DNA from: Trichoplax adhaerens
Lineage: Eukaryota > Animalia > Placozoa
NCBI RefSeq assembly: GCF_000150275.1
Contig: NW_002060947.1
Location: 1,667,576 to 1,731,575, forward strand
DNA: 64,000 nt
Direction of reading: 5' to 3'
Shown: piece by piece, positions 53,630 through 64,000 of the stretch
Position numbering within the stretch: the first letter of the stretch is position 1
Layout: each line of letters begins with the position of its first letter
Program-made: the position numbers and the translations under genes
Notes under the pieces: model-generated
Seen by the model: the letters and a program-made list of their open reading frames with translations, nothing else
Told to the model about the DNA's origin: nothing
The model's database searches: none

Positions 53630-56600
53630 GTAACTAGTAAAAATTTGACTTTACGAAATGCAGCAGCTTTGTTCCTAAATTTATTATCGATTACTGCATA
53701 CAAAATTATTTTAAAATTGCATCTAGCAGTAGAACTGAACTGAAAATTTAACAGCCTTACTATATACGTTAGTGGAAGAGAGTATAGGATATAGTTATAT
53801 GTTAGATACAAGAATTCCATGTATCATACTGTAAATGGAAGCTAATTACTTGATATTATGAATCGGTCAATATCTTACCAACGTTATTACTCTGATCTGT
53901 TGCTTGCCATGCTATTATCTTTTTGCTTGCTATGCTATTGTCTTGTTTTAATGGAATATCATGCTTCCTATTAGACAACTTTACGCATACTTTAAAACGA
54001 ACTTTATTACTGTATGTTGATAAATTTGATTGCTAACTGTCAGTATAGCACACTGGTTACTATTGTACATTATCGCACAAGAAAACCTGTGTACTGAACT
54101 ATGATGGAAATAAGGAACGCTATCAAATATCTGTCTATTGATTGTAGCGAAATAGTTTATTGCACATAAAATTGTCAGCAATGTAATCCATCTAGTATTG
54201 TACCATCCGTTAGACATATTACTCGTGTATACTAGGTGCAATATGCAGTGGCAATGCTCTAGATCTTTATTATGTTCGTCATTATTTTAGCCTTATGTAA
54301 TGTAATCTGTGATGATAGTGTATTTCTGATGGGTAAAAATAATTGCTATTATTAACTAGTACTGTAGCAAGTAAAGAATTTGATATAGCCGGATAATAGT
54401 ATAGAAATTTGCTATGTATGATTCGGATTTGACAAATTACGATATTTCATATCTATTAATGGATGATGTAACTATGCCTGTGGTAGCTATAGTACTCATC
54501 TTTTGTTCCCTTGATAAGAAAGTGATCAAAACGGATGTATAATTAAGTGCATTACTGACAGATTGATACCGTAGTCACATTAACGAATGGATCAATGTAA
54601 CTTATTCCGTGTCATGTCCCAAGTGCTCTCTTCTATTTATGATAATAAAATCAATCAACTTATGCCGATATAGCAACTGACTGCTTAAATAGTTGCTATC
54701 AAGCTAAATTTAATATCCTTTCATCAGACTTGCAATTTTGGTATTTACTAGCGTAGTTCCATCGATCGAAGTAGTTGATCTGCAGTCATCAGCATCATAT
54801 ACTACAGTAGTTTCACTTACACTAATTTATTCTTTTGACGAAGTACTAATATGAATATATTGTGACTACTGTATGAAATACTGTACACCAACAGTATTGC
54901 TACTACTAATGCCAGATTTGTATTAACTAAAATCAATATGGCAAAAACTATATATCGAAAATCGCCAATTAGTCAGTTTTTATGTGATTACAAGGCGTAA
55001 ATCAGATTAGAGAATGTATGTAATTACTTACAATAGGATCTCTTGTAATAAGTTGCTGTAATTAATTAATTATCGGACAGCGATAAAGTAGTCAAACTGG
55101 GATAAATCAATAATTAAGCAACTAATATATTACCGGATGTTGCATTGTAATCAGCTGGTTCCTATTTTAGCTGTAACTCATTCACCTTCACATCGTATAT
55201 TACAAATGTTCAACAATAATGACAATTCCAAGTAGCAATTATCTCACTAGGTGATAATTAATAATATCTGTTGCGCTGTTCTATATCTGATGCCTATTTA
55301 CTTATGCTCTAATTCTGCTGTAGGGTCCTCTCGCTAACTTATATTACTTTACGGAATTGGAGAATAATTTACTAACATCATTCAATATGAATAGCTGTTA
55401 TGAAAGAAACTTTGTATTTTACAGTTGATCCATTTACGTTATAACTACTGTACAATTATTAAAGAATACAGAGCAATAACTGTCGCACTTTGTAAGTTGT
55501 CGAACACCATGAATATGAAGAAATTTGGTAAAACGGATGATGGTTAGAATTAGTGAGCTTCGCTTTTACGAAGAATTAGGTCTAAATAGCGTCCGCAGTT
55601 CCGGAACAAAATACGTATAATATGATTAATTTTTTGTAGGTCGATTGTCTTTTTTGTCGTCTTACGAAATTCAGTCTTTTATAATTCATTGTTACTCGTA
55701 TATAGGATAAGAAAGGTCATTTTAATATTATGCAGTTCACGACTCAGAGTCACGCTATACACAGAAGCAGAGTTCAATAACGGGTAACGCCATTCGTAGA
55801 AACAATAATGTAAAGAATTCTACCATACATTAAAATCGTACATTATCCAAATGCCAGCTTAAAAGTGCTGTTAATATATCAATGCTATTGCACTCTATTA
55901 TGAGTACTGTAGCTGTAAATTTACTAGCCCAAAAGATACACTTCATTAATGTAACTAGAGTATCTAGCATTGCATAGAAAAATGGCGCGAGTTATATCTT
56001 AATGTACTGTAAATATAAACGGAATTCTTACCGCACTAGTATATGCTTCCATAGAAAGTTATTGTTAATCACTACCTACTGGTTTGTGCATCAGCCAATC
56101 TTTCTTTATACGTTATTTTGTAGACTTGAAATTATTAGTATTGATTCCTGATGAAATGCAATAAAAAATCCTTTATTAAGGTATTTACTGAGGCTATTGG
56201 CTGCACATTTCATTCGGTACATGATCATTTTTTACATTTTCACTAATCTATTGCATAGCAGATTATCAGTTTATTTAATTTAATAAACTCGTATTTAAAG
56301 CATAAAGTACATAGGAAAGTACTAATACATTAAACGGCTCGAAAATCGATACCGATGACATCAATTCTAGAACAATATCGTATAAGGAAAATTCCTGATA
56401 TATCGTTGTACTATCATGTTGAGTCTATTGCAATGCAATCCTTTAATCGGAACCCCATCGCAGTTTGTGAGAACAGAAACTATCATCGGCAACATTATAA
56501 GGGCACCATATTTTATGCATTAACTAAATCATGATGATTGTCAGCTCTCTGCGAGATAATATACTAAACTATATGGTATTCCGCCGGGAATCCTTAAAAA

Positions 56601-58794
56601 ATTTTTTTTGAATTCTATGAACATAATCTCTCAGGACTACAGATTTCCTATGAAATCATTTACTACGCCTCATCGCAAAAGGAAATTATTGCCATTTCGA
56701 TGAAATAACTAATTATAGTTTTACTGTTAAAATTATTATATATCGATGAAGATTATCACCCAAAGGAAACTACTGGAATTACTTTGCTAATAAATAGTAT
56801 AGACACAGCACACAGATTATGTTGCTTTTAGACTAATAATTAATTCTTAATTAGATTTACTTCTATATCTGCTAACCGATCAATTATTATGTCAGCTGAA
56901 AATTGAATCATTTAGCATTGCATGCTGTAAATTGTCAATTAGAATAAAGCATAGGTGCGTTGATTAGATACTGAAATGTATGCTTTTACTACCACATACT
57001 CTGCACAGTCGGATTAAACATGGTAGGGATATCAAACCTTATTCAGAGAATCATAACTATTTCTATAGGTTGTATTTATAGGACATTGATATTTATTTAT
57101 ACTGCATGCGTATGTAGGATGTGTGGTACATTTGATGCTGTTGAGAATAATGAAATTTACGATGTGAAACATTGATAGCCGAGATACGAATAAATGCAGT
57201 TGTATTTTTTTAGACCCGTATATGTTAAGGGGGCCTATGCCAGTAAATGTGGATCCTTCGATCAATATTAATCATTATTAATATATACGTTCCGGTCATT
57301 CTTAAAGCTGATTTCATACTTAGGAATGGCCGGAACATATATATTGTATTTTAGCTATTATATACTGCCTAATATAGTACAGTAGTTATTTATTGGCTTA
57401 TTTTACAATACGTATTTTATCTTCTTTGCACAATTGTACAATATACTGCTCATAAAGTTACTATTAATACAGTGACATTTTATTGCATGAAAAAGTACAG
57501 TATGAAAAGATATCTAAACGAGGAAGGCTACAAAGTGACTCCCAAAAATTGGTCATGAGGCAGAAATGCTCTCAATCTACTCCTCCAACTGTTTTATGTA
57601 GCCTATGACTTTAGATACTACACAAGTTTCGTCAATGTTTTACGAACTCATCATTTATAACTAAATATGACAAATAGTTTTGTGCTAGAGGCATCAATGA
57701 AAACGAATAAAACATATTTTATCGAAGATACAACTATTCGATTAAAAGCACGTTCACCTTGGATACAACGTTGTGCGGTGTAAAAGCCAAAAACTAAGTT
57801 ACGTAGTATACTAGATTTTAAGAAGAAATCAGGTATAAAATAGCGAAAATGGGATCCTTATTATGCTTTATTTATATCTTAAGAGTGATAGTTTATTTAA
57901 TTACGCGCACAGCAATAGTGACTCAATTGCCAAGAATATTATCCTTCAGTAATAAATAGAGTAAGTTCATACTTATACCTGATTATAGTTTAAAGGGTAC
58001 AAATTCTAATTTATAACTAGGTGAGATGAAAGTAGTACTGTATCGGCGCATCTGATTCATTTTATTAGCCGTTGATCCATTAAAATGACTAGAAAAATAC
58101 CGTCCATTCGGCTTATGATTGCTTTTAACTCTAGAACTTTATCTAAAATAGCTCATTTAAGCACGCGTGTAAATATAAATTAGCAGCAATGAGCTTGCAC
58201 TTTATTCATGATTTTGACCGGCTCAATTCATCCATCCGTAGTCAATATAAATCAATAGCATTGCACTGGCGAATGGCTCTATAAAATTATAACCTTCATC
58301 GTTGCTTTTTTTCCCTTCTTCCCTCCTTAGATAGCTACGCAACAGCAATACGATATCGTCCCGTGGATTCTTTATTATTATCTGCTAATAAATAAATAAA
58401 TTGAAATTGTTTAATATCGTTCCGTCCCTACCTAAGCTTATGTTGTATTCTAACAAAAGATGTTGAGGTACGAACATGTGGGCGTCACTCTCGCTTGGTT
58501 GACGTGCAAATAGCTGACGTATATTTTCCCTATGGCTTTTTAATGTTATCTTCTGCTAGGTCAGAGAAAATTTCTCTTCTGTGAAATTTTACACTGCCAT
58601 TTTTTTTTTCAATGAAAATTTGAAATCCTTTAAAGTTCTTGGTAATGAGTGATTTCTTTTTCCTTGAATGGCTGTGTTATCCAATCTTTTAGGGGGAGAT
58701 AAACCCTTATTAAGGTTTCCAATGTTTGCTTGTCAATAAATTGATTCCGTTGATTAATAGGTAATAGGTAATGTAGAGGTTAGCAGAATTAAGG

Positions 58795-61700
58795 ATGGAG
58801 AACAGTATTGAAAATACTCTTATGAAAGAAATTTCCACCATTCTAGGTAAGTTATTATTATTTTTATTATGAATAGAAAATATTGAAATAGGCCCTCTTC
58901 CATTTTATTGTGGCCATAGTTTATTTATCTAATAGTATTTTAATTCACTTGCTCGCTCTTAATATTTACTGTAGTCAAGTAGTATACGCTGAACTAATCA
59001 ATTTGCCCATTTCAACCTTGTTGCGTCGTAGTACTAATTAGGTTAAGTGGGTGTTAAAATGAAGTGAAGTATGAGAACGAATTGTTTTTTGCTCTACAGC
59101 TAAAACTACTCTACAAAAAATAGCATTTAACTCAACTGATAAAAAAGGTTTATATTCGAAGTGTTCTTTCTGCCTTCTCTCTTTGATAACTGCTATTTAT
59201 CAGCAAACTGAAAAAGATGTCTATATAAAAGCTTCAAATAGAACTTAGTGTATGTCTACACGTGACTGCTGTTGTCTTTTCTGTAGTCTATTACTAGGCA
59301 AAGTATTGTACGTTTTCGCGAAAAAAAAAATTGTCGTATACAATATACTTGCTGATAGCAATTTGCAAGAAATGACGAAATGTTCCTCTATAATAGTAAT
59401 CATTTTAATAATACTCCTTTTCGGCATCATTTGTTAGAACAGTGTCGTTCAAGATGTAGTAGCAATCGATACGATTCGGAAAAAATTAAAACTTAATTAC
59501 AGTCAGGTGGAATTACAATTACGTGTTACTGAGAGTATGTTTGATGTTTATAAATATTGTATTATTTTAATTTATAATACATGTCCTTATTAAAGGAACA
59601 GCAATCGATGTAACACGTAGTGAAAACTTCGCCATTACTACATCAGGAATTATGATATCAACAATATTAAAGTCTTACAAATGGGCTTAATTTCCTATGC
59701 AGTGTAACGCAATGATAACCGTGATATTCATAGCTAGATACTCATGCAAATTTGGCCGCTGCCACAATAAAATATGAATAAGGATGTGTACTTTGTAACA
59801 ATTTACGGCAAGTAATATTGTTACAACAAGATCCAAGGACTATATACTATACAAGTAAACGTGTAATTTCGCACTATAAGAATCTTATCGAGTATCCCGA
59901 TATTCTTACATAAAAATGAACCCTTATTATCATAACTTAATATACGAATGAATAATTGAATAAAGCAGTTACTTTAATGCTCAATATTTTTCAATAATTC
60001 CAATGTACCAACTTTGCAAATCTTTCCACATTACCTGATATACATCCATCCTTGTACAGATAGCATAGAGTGTATTTTGAGATAAGCTTTCAAATATATT
60101 TAGAGGCCATTTGCTGATTTCTTACTCTATTAATACTCTAATGTTACCTAAGTATTTTGTTTTGAAATTAACGATCCTAATGTGAGCAGTCAGTTAGCGA
60201 AGAAATGTATGTTATATGAATAATTGGTACTCATTATTTTTTCTACCTCACATAATCTTGAATAATACAAAATTATAAAAAATTGATAATAAGATGTTGG
60301 ACCTTAATATCAGTTCTTGCTCATCAAAGTATAAGTAATAGAATATCTACTTCATATTGAAATTTAATGAATTCGTTATATCGTCAGCCTTCCAGATTTG
60401 TATGGTTTTAACTTTGTTCAATATAGCTGTAAATATACCGTTACGCTGACAACTATCGCCAGTAGAAATGGAGATAAAAGCGTACCTTTTATTGTTGTAA
60501 TATCCGTATCAAAAATTTCTGGAACGAATTTCAGATATACATATTAAACTTATGTGGATTACATATATATGCACTAATACTATTTTTATGAGTTTATAAA
60601 ATCGGCTAGATCTTAAATCATATCAGCCGTTTTCTTTTTTTGATATTTTAAAGTGTCAGTTCAGCATGGAAGACAACAAGACTATAACAGTCAAATCAAG
60701 AGAATTTTAGCTACATGTAGTACAATACGCAGCAAAGCGGGAAGTAGCTGTCAAAACTACAAAGTGATTTACAGATGTGGAGTTCAACTGTGGCGTTCAA
60801 TGTCTCTCGTAGCGAAAGCTGGGAACTTACCTAACGATACCAAAATTAAATGTAAGTTTAGATTTTAATTTTTAAATAATTTTCAATCATATGAATTCAC
60901 GAATAAAATGTATGAGCTTACCGGTATTATGAAGAATAGATCACGGCTACATTATAAATCAGCTTTTGAAACTTATTACGGTTGATATAATTGGTAAATT
61001 ACTTTTAATTATTATGAGAATGATGATGCATAAATTATATGAACTCTTGGTGCTCGCCTTTAAGTACTTACTGTACTGTCTTACCTCTAGCCATTATTTA
61101 TGTAATCTAATTCATCAGTTATTTTGAGTGAAGTCTAGTAGCAAAGAATATTGAAATGCGTATCATTTTATCGCGATTTACTCCCATCGAAGAGTAATTG
61201 TACCATTAGAATAATAATTAGCTATTTAACAATAACTTTTGACATCTTATCGTATAGAAAAATACATACAGTATAAGGAAAAGATTGTTCACAATTTATG
61301 GCTGATTAACAAATTGCTAAAAATAGTTTTTCAGTGCAGGCTTACTTCACTAAAATACTTTAGGATAGCTACGGTATTATATATGACGATTCAGAAAGCC
61401 TGTAGCGGTTTATCCTTCACAGAATTTAAAAATACATCGCTATCAGAATAGCGCAGTACGAAGCTAATTCATAATTTAGCCGTTACGATAGCAAAGTTTG
61501 CAGTATAGAATGATATTCCATCAAACCTATGTATATTACTTTGAGCAAAATATTTCTGGTAGGAACTATAATTCAGTGATTGAAGCGATTTTACGGTGAA
61601 GTGTTATAAGTTAGTCTATTTTTGGACCTAATTTTATATTAATATATTCTGCTATACTGAGGTTTACCACAGTTTGTTAATAAATCGCAAGATTCAATTC

Positions 61701-64000
61701 GCAGTTCGATGTGCTATAAGAATAGTTTATATCATGCTGTAATCTATTTGGTTTGTATCTTGATATAGTAAGATCGGAAGCTTGCCAACTAATGATTTAT
61801 TCCTTAATGAAATTACCCATTGATATATCAGTCGCAAAAGAAACTCTTCAGGTAGGTAAATTAAACGAGCAATTTATACATTCTTATGGTACAACGTAAT
61901 ATCTTAATAATGCTTATTGATTAGGCTCAATAATAAATATTTATCACCATCAGTGATTCATATATCATGTTTACTTTGCGTGGTATAACTATAAATCACT
62001 TTCTTTCTACAGATCACGCATAAGTGTAGCCGGGGATGGCTAGGTTATAATGCGCTCATTATTTCTCATTTTTATTCTTAATTTTTTTTCCTTTTGGTAA
62101 TAAAAATGCAGTTAAATTTCATATTTTTAGACTTTGCTAGTTAATTATTATCTACAGTATATACCGCATTAGTAAATTAATTTGTTAGATGAAATTTGTT
62201 AAATTTGTTTTTACCTAGCTTTACGAAATGAAACTCGTTCTAGGGAAATGTTAGATTTGGCCGCTGAAGTAAGTCCAAAAGAGATATGTTAAAGCATTGT
62301 CTTAAAACGATTTAGAGATGTTAAATACTTAGAATAGTAACTGCCTAAAGTACTAATAACAGAATGTAAATTTATTTTTAAAATTGTAATAAATCTTTAC
62401 TGGCTAGCTGTATCTGAAGTACAAATCCAAAACTAGCTGCGGTCTGAACAATCCTAAGGATGGTGTTTCATATTACCTGGAATTTCTTTCCGAAGCTATG
62501 CTAATTTACTGTAGTATTTGTGAAAATGTATGTCTGTACTTGAATGATCCAGGATCTACCATTAGGATGGTCTCGCTAAAAGTCATTTTTTTAGATTACT
62601 AATATATAGATTAGCTAACAATTACCTAATCTATTAGTAATTATTTTATCAGGCTCTAGCTAAGCGACAGTTCGATCAAGCTTTTGATTATTTTGCCAAA
62701 GCAGAGAATATAAAGAAGGATCTCCCTTGTCTGGTACCTTCTTGCTGTATTAGTAAGAGACTATTTCTACGTAAATAACAATTACGAACGACGATTTATA
62801 TTGATTACATTTAGGGAAAAAAACTAGTAGCAATAAGTTACAACTTTGGAGTTGATATGTTTGATAGCCAAAACTATAAACAAAGCGTCAAGTGGCTACA
62901 GTAAGCAGAATTATTTAATCAAGCTGTATCATGGAATTTCAAACATATTTACTAACTCTACTACATTTAGGTTTCAGTTAAAAATTTTTTACCGATATTG
63001 TAAATAAATTTATTAGGAAATCTCGATACCTTGCTAAATATTTGTACGACCTGGAGGGTAGTAAGAAGGTGTTTAGGGGATACGCTATAATTCTTTCCTG
63101 AAATTTCTCTAATGTTAATTATTAGTAATGATTACGGGTACTTGACTATAATTTTTCAGTTTAGATGCTTACTAATTATTGCTTTTATATTTACCATTAG
63201 GCTAGAATATTACGTTTACTTGCGAATGCATACATTCATTGGGATATTGAAGAGTACTATGAAATGGCATGGAATGCCGTAGGTAAATTGCTGTTTCTTA
63301 ATGTGGATACGATATACCAGTCTAGGTTGTTTGCATACTGAGTTATAAGTGTTTCTAATATTATCATATGGCTATGATGGATCACTATCCAATTTGAATC
63401 CTTACTCAAATTTTATTATAGAAGATGCAAATAATGTATGTTATACTTCTAGGTCATTTCCGACCTTTATCGTTAGTAGCATAGTACATTGTTCGGATTT
63501 CTATCAATGAATTTTCTAATTACGAGAAACAATTTGTTGCAAAGTGAAACTATGCTTGATTACTTATTTCGTATCACAGTTACATTCTCATCCTTTTGGG
63601 TTTTACTTAAAATTGAAGCTTTTATTCCAGCGTAATCACGCTAACATTAAAGAAATTCACTCCAGTAAGCTGTTCAATATGCTAATCTTTGAAGAAATAA
63701 TTTTTTTATGAGCCTAATGATCGATTTAGTAATTAATCATTAACTGGCTAATGTAGTACTTAACATATTTGTGTGCTTGTCTTACAAAAGCTGTTGAGTT
63801 GGCATTTAACCTTCCAGATATGACAATCAATATGGGGCTCAGCTTTTTGGAATTAGTGAAGAGTCACGACAATTTGTTAGTATACTAATTAATACAGTAC
63901 TTCTCTCGCTAAATACTGTTACTTCATTAAATTTTTATGTAAAGCGCCTAGATCTTGCACTTTGCCTGTAGTACCCACTGTATGTTTGCAATCATACATC
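58795..64000 (+). CDS. TEX11: TEX11/ZIP4 (SPO22) meiotic TPR protein, 5' portion. Start exon tentative; exons well supported from ~60775 to 63875
   Basis: Spliced exons give CGVQLWRSMSLVAKAGNLPNDTKIK-LRSEACQLM...ITHKCSRGWL...ISYNFGVDMFDSQNYKQSVKWLQ...ARILRLLANAYIHWDIEEYYEMAWNAV...GFYLKLKLL. These are colinear with the TEX11 blocks NLWNW, CYNFGVE..YEESSFWL, KVLRLLA.YLDWD and GLFLKMKIL. Confidence 0.85.

Noticed and set aside
1-64000. tRNA, rRNA, snRNA genes or an autonomous transposase
   Set aside because: None recognisable by eye. A tRNAscan-SE, Infernal and BLASTx run would be needed to exclude them.

Overview
This is AT-rich, intron-dense animal genomic DNA, not prokaryotic. Compact ~80-300 bp introns, roughly two-thirds AT and a metazoan gene set suggest a placozoan (Trichoplax-like), which is inference only. 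I reconstructed seven spliced protein-coding genes by hand. They are an unidentified minus-strand gene running off the left edge (with a U12-type donor), a compact NPAT, MFSD9 (-), SF3A3 (+), SRRM1 (+), FoxO (+) and the 5' part of the meiotic gene TEX11/ZIP4 (+, running off the right edge). Non-coding DNA holds several tandem arrays (63/31/99-bp composite, 92-bp, 167-bp, degenerate ~80-bp) and a fold-back array between the divergent MFSD9 and SF3A3 starts. The most striking signal is the heptamer TACAGTA/TACTGTA, and less often TACCGTA/TACGGTA. Sibling repeat copies show it arises as a precise 5-nt, partly non-templated insertion at a TA dinucleotide, which is the form of a Tc1/mariner-type excision footprint. 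These motifs pile up around gene starts and are near background in the gene desert. Most entries in the ORF track are shadows or chance ORFs. All coordinates and counts were read by eye.
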